Notes under the pieces: generated by a model
Seen by the model: only the letters and a program-made list of their open reading frames with translations
What the model was told of the DNA's origin: nothing
Database searches by the model: none
In this document: positions 1-11,748 of the stretch, piece after piece
How positions within the stretch are numbered: position 1 is the first letter of the stretch
Layout of the letters: each line of letters begins with the position of its first letter
Program-made: the position numbers and the translations under genes
Assembly: GCA_013265495.1 (NCBI GenBank)
Contig: MU057701.1
Span: 558,001-622,000 of the forward strand
DNA: 64,000 nt
From: Vicugna vicugna
Lineage: Eukaryota
Direction of reading: 5' to 3'

Positions 1-627
1 AGGCCTGAGACTGGGCTGCCTTGAAGGTCATTAAAGAGCCCCAACGATGATAGCTGTGAGTGGCCATACAGTTTATGGCCCTCTACAGTGTGTGTGTGGC
101 CCTCTACCATGTGTGGGTACCCCTTTGCCGTGTACCTTCTATGCTCCCATGGGGTAGGGAAACCAGATGTTAAGCTCTTTATTAGAATTTGGATGAGGAG
201 GACAGAGTTCCTGAGTGAGGGCCTAAGTGACTGTCTCATGCACAGAATGTGTGGATTTTAGAATCTGGACTTCTAACGTTGATTTTCTGAGCTCAGAAGT
301 AGTTTTCCCTTCCTCCCTTTTAGCTGTTCATTAGCTGAGCCAAGTGAGAAGCGTTGGAGCAGCAATTATATAATGTATACATACTATATACAGAGACCAG
401 ACTTCTGCATAACCCTCTGCCCCAGCAACAAAACACAGCCCTGATGCTGGTTCATTGCTAGTATTTGTTTTGTTTTGTTTAGAGGTTGAAAGTGCTGAAA
501 AGGGAGAGGAAACGCCAGGCCACAAAAATTTAATTTTACTGTGATTCTTCCAGAAGCCCACCTCGCTCTGTTCATATAAATTTCTCTTGGCCTGTCCTGT
601 AGAAAATATACACAGACTGTGATCAAG

Positions 628-628
<1 letters not shown>

Positions 629-658
<30 letters not shown>
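629..658. repeat. (TG)15 microsatellite
   Basis: Perfect TG dinucleotide run read directly. Confidence 0.97.
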
Positions 659-659
<1 letters not shown>

Positions 660-1475
660 TCTAATTAAACTAATGGACTGCACTCTCCATCATAAAACAC
701 GAGTCCAAATGGCAATGCCCTGCTGAGCATCCAGCTCTCCCAGGAAACCTGGCCCTTTGTCTCAGTGATGCAAATTCCTGGCTGTGTCTGGACACACAGT
801 AGGTACTGAATGGATGCTTCTTTAATTGAAATCAGGGTTGAAATGCAAAAACCTGGACAGTGTTAATTTCTATGTCAGTTTTCTCCTGTGTAATTGATGA
901 GCTTCCTAATGTTGATTTAAAAGAAAAAAAAGCACTGTGTTTAGTTAATTAAAAAAACACAGAATAGGATTCAAAACAGCTGTGTTTGCTGTTGGCATGG
1001 CCGTTCCCCTCTTCATGCTTGTGTTATGTCACAACAGTCCCACATCTGTAGAAACAAAAGTTTAGAAAGGAAAAGGATGACTTTTCTCCCTCCAGCTACC
1101 GGTGACAACCCATAGCCTCAGCTCATAGTATTTATTTAATTTTGTATCTAGCAAAAGGGCTCAGAAACAGTTCTGTGAAGCAGATGTGTGAAGAGCTGAT
1201 CATTATGGAACTTAGTTTCTTCTAAAAATAAATACATTCTGCAGCCTTGTGCAGGGGGTGCGACATTACGCTAAGACACTTCTTTTTTGAGTGCATTTGA
1301 ATATGTTCATGGGTTGTGTGTGGAATTTTTTTGCATCCCGTTATCCAGTGTATCACCTTTTGCCACCTTTCTTGTCTGTTAAGTATCCCAGCCAGTGATG
1401 AATAGAGGAGGTTAAAGGAAAAAAAAACACAAAATAAAATGAACAGAAAAAGAAAAGAAGCAAACAAGCAAGTTA

Positions 1476-1510
1476 AAAACAAAACAAAACAAAACAAAAC
1501 AAAACAAAAC
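1476..1510. repeat. (AAAAC)7 microsatellite
   Basis: Perfect pentamer run read directly. Confidence 0.95.
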
Positions 1511-1634
1511 AGAAAACCTCTTTCCCAGTAGGCAGTAACTTTAGATGTAAAACATATGAGGCACGCAAGAGAGTGAAAATTTTGCCTGAAATTAGAGCCG
1601 TCTGTGGCTGCAGTAAGGTCACCAGTAGCCTGGA

Positions 1635-1860
1635 GCATTGTCAAAACTAGGGTGAGGCTAGTGAGACACACCCCTGGGGCCCAAAATTTAAGCAAAGCCC
1701 CTAAACTCAATAATCACAATGAATAACAGTTTTAGTCCAATATATTAAAAAAAATCATCATTAATGCAAAGTGTTTCATGCTGAACAAACTTACCAAAAT
1801 GTTGAAGATAGGATTTGACCCTGCACTGGCAAACTCAAATTCATTCTCCTCCCTCTAACC
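1635..1860 (+). mobile_element. Non-autonomous hAT-Tip100 DNA transposon, MER96B-like
   Basis: ACTAGGGTGAGGCTAGTGAG...GGGCCCAAAATTTAAG left end, AT-rich core and GACCCTGCACT..CTCCTCCCTCTAA right end resemble the remembered MER96/96B consensus. Confidence 0.6.
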
Positions 1861-1904
1861 GAAAGTAAGGTCACTGAGAGCTCGAAAGGAAAAAATGTCT
1901 CCTT

Positions 1905-2100
1905 GCTCTAAGCCTGGCTTTGCTCTGGGTTTGAATTCTAGCTCCTTTAAGACTAGCTTTGTGACCTCAGGCTCATGACTCAACCTCTTTGAGCTTCCTT
2001 TTGTAAAATGAAGATAATGCTTTCCATTGCAGGGCTTTAGGGTGGCTTAAAAATTATGCCTGTGAAGCCCTGGGCGCATAGTAGATGCCCAATAAACCAT
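1905..2100 (+). mobile_element. MIR SINE fragment
   Basis: CTGGGTTTGAATTCTAGCTC...TGTGACCTCAGG...CAACCTCTTTGAGC...TGTAAAATG...CATAGTAGATGCCCAATAAA, typical MIR core. Confidence 0.8.
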
Positions 2101-3779
2101 GGCTTTAAATAATTCAGAATTATTCAGAGACTTAAGCTCTTCGCGAGACTCAAGCAGGTACTGCCTCTTACACGAGTCTCCTACACATCTGTCAGGGTTA
2201 ACACAGCTCTGCTTTCACTTTATAGGATGTGTCAGAGTATAGCCTGGTGCCAGTGCTTTGAACACTCATCTATCTGTTCAGCTGCCCTGTAACTGATTTC
2301 CTGTTCAGTCATAGCTCCTTGCCTGGGCTGGGCCATGAGTGGCAAGTTGCTATCTCTGTACCTCCCTCGCAGAGCAGCTCAGCCTTCTGAAGCCATCCAG
2401 AAGTTAGGTTAGGGAGCAGATTTTATTTACTAAGGCCTCCTCCGTCATTGTGAGTGTCTCTTGAGTGCATTTCCACACCGGATGATTCATCTGGATGACA
2501 CCTCACCCTAATTATTGTCACTGAAACTGTCCACGATCCTGAACTGGCCTCTGATTTGCTCCGCAGAGATGGGGCCACATTCCATATCGTAGGACCGAAG
2601 GCAGGAGGGTGAAGTGGGAATCCAGTTACTATTTGATACAGAAAATTGTAAAGCCCAGCGTTCATTCTCTCCCGTTGTACAAGACGGGTGGAACCAACCA
2701 TTTTTTTCAGCCTCTCTTGTGAGAGACTGCAAGGCGGAGCCCTCACTTCAGTTATTCCCCTCTTTAGCCCTAAGAGTGCAACATTAGATGGGAAATGACA
2801 GGAGAGGGTCACTCAAAGACCTTCTTAGACTTTGGGGTCTTCGTCATCACGATCGGTTTGTACGTTTTTGTACATTCACCCCTGCGCCCTGCTTTTCAGC
2901 AAGAGAAGCAGTATGTAAAGTAGGAACCACACATTTCTGGCTTTAGTCGTGTGTGCTTTGGGTTTAAGCTCTTCTCTGCTACTTAATTCGTTAATAGGAA
3001 TTTATTGAGCTGGGCACAAGATGATACAAAAGACTAGGAAAATGGGATTTTTGCCCCTGAAGTGTCTGTGACGTAGTTGGTGGAATAAATCATGTTTGAG
3101 CTGGTCCTTGGCTCCAACTCCTGCTGCATTTCTATATTCTCTCAGTTCTGCCTGAGAAATGTGACTGGAATCTGGCTTCTTCCTCTTTCGCCCTCTGGGC
3201 ATTTATTCTTGTTTAGGACTGTCCCTCTTCATTTACTGAGGTCTGTGGCTGAGCCCTCCTGAGCTATATGGGAGCCTTGAGGCAAAGAAAGCTGTGTACC
3301 CCTATGTACACTTATCAGAATATCCTCCCATATTGAGAACCAAGTGGGAAAAGTTAATAAAAGCTCTACAATAAAAAAAAATGCAACTATATATAAAGCC
3401 TCACGTTGTCCAATCTGTTCCCATATCATTGTCAACCCTCATAAACGCACCCAGCATGGTGGGGGCCGGGGTGGATGCGGAGGTGGGTGGGGTTTCCAGT
3501 TGCATAATAAGGCAGGGTAGGAATAGACAGCAACATTCTGTCATTACTTACAATTTGGATTTTTATTCCAATGTGGATTTTTTTTGCATTAATTTTGGTT
3601 TTGAAAAAATATTGCATTAAAATAATATTTATCCAGATTGCTGACTTCTTTGGTGTCTCCGTAAATTTTGTACCTCACTTGCTCACCCTAATCCTGGCTC
3701 TGGTCTGTTGCAAAAGCCCACTCCAGGCAGTCAGGTGCACAACTGTTTATTAAGACCAACAGTGATCGCGTCACTTCCG

Positions 3780-4245
3780 AATTTGTTCCTTATTGTTTAA
3801 GAGGTAAAATCCAGCCCCGTTGGCTTAGCTGCAAGCACTTTCACAGTCTGGGTCCCCACTTAACCTCACCAGGACATCTTCCCCACCCAGCCCTGTTCCT
3901 TCCTTACCATACCTCTTCAAGACTGCATCTTTGCCCATGCTATATCTTCTGCCTGAGTTGTGCCCCTGTCCTCAAACTCCTTCACCTTAGACGTCCCTGC
4001 TTAGCTCTTGAGTTCCACCTGGGGTAACACCTCCTGGCTGGGCTGCCTTTTGGGGCTCCCCAGGCAGGCTTAATTGCTCTGTTTTCCCATAGAAATCTGT
4101 TTGTTTCCACTCGATTCCTTTCCTGGCTGTTACACTCACTATTCTACTGTGATTTATCTGTTTACCTGTGTCCCCAGTTACACTGCCAGCTCTCCTTGAG
4201 GAGAGCAACCGGGCTTTTCATGTCAGATGAATAATGAATACAGTT
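3780..4245 (+). mobile_element. L2 LINE 3' fragment (highly diverged)
   Basis: TTTGCCCATGCT..TCTGCCTG and TCTGTTTACCTGTGTCCCC..CTGCCAGCTCTCCTTGAGG motifs of the L2 3' end. Confidence 0.6.
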
Positions 4246-4299
4246 GGATACAGTGAAAAAAGCAGTAACAGCAGCTATGAAATAATTCATGAAAAACAA

Positions 4300-4385
4300 T
4301 AGCAGAGCCAAAAGGGCACTGCTCTTAATGTCAAGCGATCCTGAGTTCGAATGTTGGTTGTCATTAGCTAGCTTTGTGACACTGT
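4300..4385 (+). mobile_element. MIR 5' fragment
   Basis: CCTGAGTTCGAAT...CTAGCTTTGTGAC; truncated by the adjacent L1 fragment. Confidence 0.6.
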
Positions 4386-4389
4386 AAAT

Positions 4390-4590
4390 ATTTTCATATT
4401 TTTACTATGGAAACTTTCAAACATAAGCAAATGTAGAGAGAAGCCTCTGATGAACCCACATGGGCGCAGCCCCCAACTGCAACAGTCGGCTCATGGTTTC
4501 TTGTAATGCCCCACCTTCCATTCCTATCCCTGGATTTTTTTTCAAAGCAAATCCCAGACAATGTATCATTCCACATAGAATTATTTCAAT
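4390..4590 (-). mobile_element. Old L1 (L1MC/L1ME-type) 3' fragment
   Basis: TACTATGGAAACTTTCAAACAT..GTAGAGAGAA..ATGAACCC..TTCAAAGCAAATCCCAGACA. Confidence 0.65.
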
Positions 4591-5989
4591 AAGAACATTA
4601 AACTTTTAACTGATCGCAAACTCAATAGGAACCACGTGCGAAAAAGAGCTGGCAATGGGTCAGGGTCATGGGGAGGCCGTTTTAAAGCAAGCCCTGAAGG
4701 ATGAATATAGATTTTGGCAAAGCACTTTTGTAAATGGGAAGCTGTAAGTCATTTGTGCTGCACGGGGTTGGCAGGTTGTTTTTGCTCGAACAGAGGTCAG
4801 GGTGGGGAGTGGGTACGGGAAGGAAAACCTAGGTGTGGAACAGATGGAGGGGGCAGCCCCTTGATGCTTTAGAGGCAGCCTTTTAGGTGGGGAGGGGGTG
4901 CATAAGCTGGGGAATCTTTTAGTTTTAGTTAACACTGTGTTCCTTTGAAGGTCTGCACTCACAATGGTGACACAGGGCTGAGGACAGTAGTAGTCTTGAT
5001 TTAGTGCCCTTCAACTGTCTTCCCAAGTACTTTCCTTGTTAACTGATTTCTCCTTAAACAGGGAAAGAAATTGCCGCAGGATCTTTAAAGAAATTGGTTC
5101 CCTTACCAACCATCAGGCTTTAGTTGGGGAGAAATGGGAACTCAGTTTTCCAGGCTCAGCCCTACACTAAGATGACCCTGCAACTGTGCATTTTATCCCT
5201 CTGAATTTAATCCTTATTATGAATAACAGAGCAAAGCTTTGTTATTCACAAGAGTGGATTTCTGCTGCTGGGAGAATGAGCTGCAGTCTTATTCGTAAGG
5301 TGCCTTCTGATGCAATGAGGTCTTCTGAATTGTGCATAAATAGACGCTATTGTTCAGGCATTCGGAGGTAAGGCTTAAATTGCTCCGGGAGTTCCAATCT
5401 GACTCCAGGTATCTTTGTTTGCCTGATCCCTCTTTTTTTTCCTTCCCGAGGCCACAAGTAGTAGTTTTCTCCATATTGCTTTAGCGACCTGCTTCTTCAT
5501 CATGTCCTAAAACTAGGGCACAACCAACCAATCCTTTTTCTGTAGACTTTTCTGCCTTGAGAAGGAGGAATTTCTTCTGGGTCCAAAAAAATAGAATGGA
5601 AAATAAAAGTATGTCCAGATATAACCAGGATATCACCCAGAAATGGAGCCTTTAGGAATATGGTAAAGAAATAATTTTGCTTCTGATTAAGATTTTTTTA
5701 AGCTAGGAGAAACAGAAGCATAGAGTGGAGAGAGCCTATTAATTGATTGTTGCCCTGAATCTCTGAGGAGGACGGGATACTTTAGGATCTCTGAAGAAGA
5801 GCTGATTATTTGTGTAAGTCTCAAAGCTCACACACCCCAGTTCCCCAGCACAATAAGCCTTTCTGGGTCCTTGACGTGGCGGATGTGAAACTTTGTCTTC
5901 AAGACCGCAGAGAGAAGTCTCCTTTCTTTGAAGGTGTTTATTTTCTGAAAATTTGACCTGGGATTCCAGCTAACACATTGCTGTTTTCT

Positions 5990-6135
5990 TTTTTTATTTC
6001 TTTTTCTTCTTTTTTTTTTTCTTCCCCTTGTAATGAGATCTTTTAAGATCTACTCTCTTAGCAACTCTCAAATGTACAATAGAGTATTGTCAACTGCAGT
6101 CTCCATGCCAGCTCATTATATTCCCAGGGCTCACT
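5990..6135 (-). mobile_element. L1 3'-end fragment (L1MA-like/laurasiatherian)
   Basis: Poly-T followed by TGAGATCTTTTAAGATCTACTCTCTTAGCAACTCTCAAATGTACAATAGAGTATTG. Confidence 0.75.
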
Positions 6136-7725
6136 TGTCTCTTCGCATTGCTTCTCTGGAAAGGCATACTGAGAAGTGGGCTTACTCTGGGCGCTTTCTT
6201 TTCCTTTCGGTCACCTCGGTCTATGTGTGTCCCTGACTGTCTGTCTGCCTGTGGTTCTTCCACTCAGAGCAAAGTGATTTTTGTCATCTGGAACCAGGTG
6301 CTCCCAGCTTCCCTAACCTGCGGGCAGGGGTACAAGGCTCCTTCAGGACCCGGGAAGCTGCCCTTTGTAGGTGCTTCATGTATGCTTTATTCAGGTCTCC
6401 ATCTTCAGAATCTTACCTCCATTTCTCCCCTCCACTGGGGCTGTCTAGAGCCACTGGTCTCCTCTCCTCTTTTGCGGCTCTGTGATTATAGTCCTTTCCG
6501 TGGGATAAGATCTTCTAGTGCAAGGTCCTTTCTCACCATCCACAAACACAATCACCAGTAGGCTGTGTTTACTGAACTGCAAAGGTGGGTACACCATCTC
6601 CTTCAAGTGCTAACACTTTTATCTCTGCTGCTCCCCCTTCTCACCTGTGCATCGTCACCTAAGCAATTAAAACCATTTGGTTGTACTTCTTTGATTTGCA
6701 CTGACCTTGTAAGGGGTGTCCATGTTAATAGAGCAAAGACACTTCTCTTGCCTTTTCTCCTCCACCATATTGGAGTTTGGAAAGGCTTGGGGTTTGGAAG
6801 AAGTTAAAAGTGACCCAGAGAATTGCTTTTGATGACACTGATATACCCATCTTTTGAAACCTTAGACTGGGTATTGTCAATTTAATTTGGAGTATGTTGG
6901 CTTGTTGCATTCTAATCACCCATTTTGAAACCTTGCTGAGGACCTATGATTATTTGTTAAACTGCCATTGGAATAAACATAACACTCTTCTTTGATGGGA
7001 AAAGAACTTTTTAAAGAAAGTAATAAGCATACCTCTACATTTTCTTGACAGATAGCAAAGAAAAAAATCTTCCTGTCTTTACCTTGACAAGACATCTAAC
7101 ATCGCTGGGAGGTTTTGCTTTCATGAGAACTTCAGCATTATAGTCTAGAAATCTCAGGCTCAACAACTTTCTCTGTTTTGGGGTGGGGAAAAGGGATGAT
7201 AAAATAGTTTTCTATACTTACTAAAATCGTCAAATGTGAAAGCTAATTTATCTCCTTTAAAATGTTAGTCTTTTGATATATGAATCACAATTGATGCTAA
7301 AAGGAAAGTATTAGAAACATAAACTTTTTCTCTAATGGTTCAGATTTTGAATATTTTAATTACCTAACTTTATCTTTCTGGCAGTGAGGTTAGTACAGCA
7401 GCAAGTGATTACCAACAGTTAAAATAAACAACAAGTCACCTATGGCAACACTTACACTCACAGAAAACGCAATTAAAATCACACTTTATTATTTTTTTCT
7501 GGATTTAGAAGTAAATTTTGAATCAGTTTCATGATTTTTGTGGAATTTTTCCAAATTAATGACTTGGGATATTTGGACACTGAGCTGTGTGAATGCTAAA
7601 TATGTTTTCTTCCCTTTGCTATTAGTTAGATATTTAAGAACTTAATTTGTGAAGAAATAGCCACCTAAAAGTGGGCCAAAGACCCACAGTCCTGTATCCT
7701 TCCTCACAAAATACTGCACAGGAGA

Positions 7726-8131
7726 CTTTAAAAAAAATTTTGGTGTTATATATAAATATTTACATTTTAACCTTTTTAAAGTATACAGTTCAGTGACATT
7801 AAGTACATACATGATGCTGTGTAACCATCACCCCTATGCATTTCCAGAACTTCTTCAGCATCCCAACCAGAAACTGTCAAACACTAACTCCCTATGCCCA
7901 TTCCCCCCAGGCCCTGTCAACCATCATTCTACTTTCTGTCCCTATGAATTTGACTCTTTTAGGATCTCATATAGGTGGAATCGCATAGTATTTGTCCTTT
8001 TGTCTCTGGATTATTTCCTTGAGGTTCATCCATGTGATAGCATATGTCAGAATTCATCCCTTTTCAAGGCTGAGTAATATTCCATTGCATGTATGTACCA
8101 TATTCTCTTTATCCATTCATCTGTTGCTCAG
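7726..8131 (-). mobile_element. 5'-truncated L1 (L1MA/L1MB-type) with target-site duplication
   Basis: L1 3'UTR motifs (AAGTATACAGTTCAGTGACATTAAGTACAT, GAGTAATATTCCATTG); flanking direct repeat TGCACAGGAGA at 7715-7725 and 8132-8142. Confidence 0.9.
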
Positions 8132-8229
8132 TGCACAGGAGAATTTTAAAATTTAGTTTACTCTCCCCCTTAAAAATATCCAAAAAATTAAAAAAATAAA
8201 AACATTTTTTAAATTAAAAAAAATAATAG

Positions 8230-8390
8230 CATTTTATTCTTGCTCTCATCACACACATACACATACAAGAGTAACTGTGTGAAGAGATGTGTTAATTGGC
8301 TTGACTGTAGTAATCATTTCACTATGTATATGTATACCCGATCATCATCTCGTACATCTTAAGTATGTATAATTTTTATTTTAAAAAGTT
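8230..8390 (+). mobile_element. L1 3'-end fragment
   Basis: GTAACTGTGTGAAGAGATGTGTTAATTGGCTTGACTGTAGTAATCATTTCACTATGTATATG followed by an A-rich end. Confidence 0.8.
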
Positions 8391-9739
8391 AGAATAGTAT
8401 AAAAATTTTATTTATAATATGTGCCATTTGGTATCTTTCCTCCAAATTTCCTGCTGTTCTTTCACCTGGGGGTCATTTTTTTGAGCCCTACATGCTGCTA
8501 GGTGCTGAGAACTCAGGGATAAATGAGCTCTATCCTGCATGCAGGGAACTTCTTGTCTGGCCAGGTAAACAGACAAGGAAATTGGGTCCCTGGCTTTGCA
8601 GGTGGCCACCCAAGCCGAAGGCAGGGGGGAAGGTGGGTGACTCACTGTTGGAGAAGGGTTACATTCGCTGTGGGTGAAGGTGGGGGCGGAGCTAAGGAAT
8701 AAAGGCCTCTAGGTCATGTTCTAAGTTCTTTTACCCAAAAGCGTAAATAGATGTGAGCAGAATTAAAGTTCATGTACAGAAAGAGAATTTGTTATATCTC
8801 AATACTCCACCTCTAGGCATGATTTTTTGTAAATTATTTTCAAGTTTTACTATCAAAGACACTTCTTTCCCCTAAAATAATAGAGCACAACTTTAACTTA
8901 TTTGGCCTCTAAATAGACAGGAGTTTGTATCTAATTTGACCAGCTTTCAAGCAATATTACTGTATTGCTGGACAACACTTTCAAAATCTGGCCTATGCAT
9001 TATGTTCCCATTTGTATATATAAAGAATACAATTAATTTGTCTATGGTGTAAGAATAGAGTGTAGAATCTGGATCTTTGACGTTTAGCCCTATATTTCCT
9101 AATACCCTGTATGTAACGTGTGTGATTTTTTCTTTTTTCTTTTTTTTGGCCTCTCCATGTGTTAGCCATTTTGGGGGCATTGGGAAGGTCAGAGAAGGTA
9201 GGTCTCCAGGGTACCGATTTGCATAGTATGTTGTAGACAGGATTGTAGAACTAATGTGCATTTGGATGGTTGTGGATGAGCTGAGGGGAATGGATGGAAT
9301 CTGACCCCATCTACCCTTAACTTGAGGGAGCAGACTAGTACCCATATGAGCAATATGAGAATTTCAAAGGCAGCTAAAGCATGCACCTTGCTTTGTAGAC
9401 ATCAGATTCTATCCGGTCTAAATTGCCTCTGTTATGTTCTGCATTATGCTCTCCAATCCATATTATCTGTCCCATCTTTGATCACCATCTTTGGCATGTT
9501 TGTTCTGTAATCTCTAACTCTTTATACAATCTGTTGGCAGTCTGCTAGGAACAAACTGACAATTAGAACAGCAGCAGAAGAAAAGGCATTTTCTTAATGT
9601 CTTTGCAGGGATGACAGGAAAGGTAGACTCTAATTAGCCTTTTAAATCTTGAGCCCTAACTTCTTGCTAGTTATGTGAGTCCATATGACTCTTTACTCAG
9701 TGCAGTGGTTTCAGTGACCATCTTTTTGCTCAGGATTCC

Positions 9740-10420
9740 CCAAGCCACAGCTTCAACCCCAGACTTTTTCCAGTTTTGCAACTGTATGCTGGATATTTGT
9801 ACCTGAATATCCTGACAGCACCTGAGAATCAACCCAAAATAGCATTTCTGCAGTCTCCTTCCCCTAAACCTGCTTCTGCTCCTGTGATCCTTAATTGTTT
9901 TAGTGACACCACCCTCTCCTCTGTCGTTGTCTTCCTCCTGTTTCCCACCACCTCAGTGAACACTAAACAGTTGGTTCTATGTTCCTACTCTCTCTTCGAT
10001 CCATCTTCTACCCAAAATGCTTTCATTTATATCTTTTACCTAGACATGGCCTCTTGCTTTTTCCCCTTGTTTCTAAGTCATCTTTTCACTTTGTCTCCAG
10101 AGTTAGCTTTCTAAAACTCAAATGTGATAGTCACTTACCTCCTTAAAATTCTTTAATGACTTCCCATGACCTATGAGATGAAGTACCAAGTAATTACCAA
10201 CCTCCTGTTCTCTCACTTACCCTCCTGTCTAAGTGCAGCCTGCCCTTTGGTACCATATATTTCTTTTCCTTCCCTAAATACCACTTAAGTTTTCATGCCT
10301 TCCTGCCTTTGCACACTGTTAAATCCCTGTCTCAGCTTAATGTCCGTTATCACAATATTAGCTCAAACTTTCTCTTCTGAAGCCTTCCCTACCCTTTCCT
10401 CCACCTCCAGCAGATAGCTG
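9740..10420 (+). mobile_element. L2 LINE fragment (diverged)
   Basis: CCCCTAAACCTGCTTCTGCTCC, CTTTCTAAAACTCAAATGTGAT, CTTAAAATTCTTTAATGACTTCCCA and CCTGCCTTTGCACA motifs. Confidence 0.65.
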
Positions 10421-10439
10421 CCCCTTCGCTGCTATACTT

Positions 10440-11192
10440 TTGTTTTCAAAAGCTTTATTGTGGTATAATTTGCATACCATGAATTCACCTATTTTAAGTG
10501 TACTGACGAGTTTATTAAACCCATACATTTGTGCAGCCACCACCACAATTCAGTTTTAGAACTTTCCATCACCCTCCAAATTCCCTCATGCTTGTTAGTC
10601 ATCAGTCCTAGCTCTCACCCCAATCCCAGGCAACCACTGATCTGCTTTCTGTCTCTATAGTTTGTCTTTTCTAGACATTTCATTTAAAATCATACAATAT
10701 GCAGTCTTTTGAGACTGGCTTCTCTCACTCAGCATACTGTTTTTTGAGTTCATCCATGTTGTTGAGTGTATCATAGTTGGTTCTTTTTTAATTGCTGGGT
10801 AGTATTCCATTGTGTGGATATACTACATTTTGTTTACCCAGTTACCAGTTGATGGACATTTGGGCTGTTTCCCATTGGGTGCTATTATGAAAATACTGCT
10901 ATGATCATTTTTATACGAGTCTTGGTATGGATGCATGTTTCCGTTCTTGGGTAAATACTTAGGAGTTGAATTTCTGTGTCATATGTTAAGTATATGTTTA
11001 AACTTTCTAAGAAACTGCCAGGGTGTTTTCCAAAGTAGCTGATGCATTTTATATTTTATATTCCAACCAGTAATATATAAGTGTTTTGGTTTCTCCACAT
11101 CCTCAACAATACTTGGTATTTTCTGTCCTTTTGACTACAGGTATTTTAATGGGTATGTGGTGATATCTCACTGTGGTTTTCACTCGCATTTC
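10440..11192 (-). mobile_element. L1MB-type 3' fragment
   Basis: AGCTTTATTGTGGTATAATTTGCATACCAT...GGCAACCACTGATCTGCTTTCTGTCTCTAT...GTGGTGATATCTCACTGTGGTTTT. Confidence 0.9.
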
Positions 11193-11748
11193 CTGTAGTC
11201 TTCGGAAATGCTTTCTATTATAGAATGTGTTCTATTGTATTGATATACATCTTCTAATCTGTGAGCTAAACTGGGGCTGATCCATCTAGCAGAGTGCCTT
11301 TGGGCGGGGTACACGGTAAATACTTAGGGTTTGTTAAGTGAACGAATGAACAAAGCCATACTTAGGATGAGTGGCCAATTCTCAGTTATGTTTGGTAACA
11401 GAAAACACTGATAAGTTAACTTCAGAAATGATATAAAAGTCAAATCTCTTCCCCTGAACAAAATTTTGCCAGTTTCTCAAAAGCAATAACCTTGACTAAA
11501 CTAAGTTTTTCTTTCTTTCTTTCTTTTTTTTTTTTTGCTCATCTCTTGGTAGGAGGTAATGGATAAAATATATAGACATAGCAGGAGAAAGAGAAAAGAA
11601 ACTCACTCTCTAAATGACTAAAAGCTTGTGGAACAGCTTGGGAGAGTCATTTGGGTTTTTGGTTACTCCGTGGTTCAGGTGTGGGGATTCTGCTAATGCT
11701 GTGACTGCCTGCCACTTCTCTCCACTTGCTTTTCTCTGTCAATTCGAG

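Noticed and set aside
61..114. Short degenerate tandem repeat TGGCCCTCTAC (76-86, 97-107)
   Set aside because: Ordinary local duplication; two units only, not an array.
1222..1710. 162-aa hydrophobic ORF on the - strand
   Set aside because: The hydrophobic stretch is the translation of the (AAAAC)n repeat and A-rich DNA, and the ORF starts inside a DNA transposon.
7364..7394. CTAAC branch + pyrimidine tract + CAG|TGAG|GTTAGT, a 4-nt microexon
   Set aside because: The acceptor looks good, but a 4-nt exon with a non-consensus donor is unsupported and likely chance.
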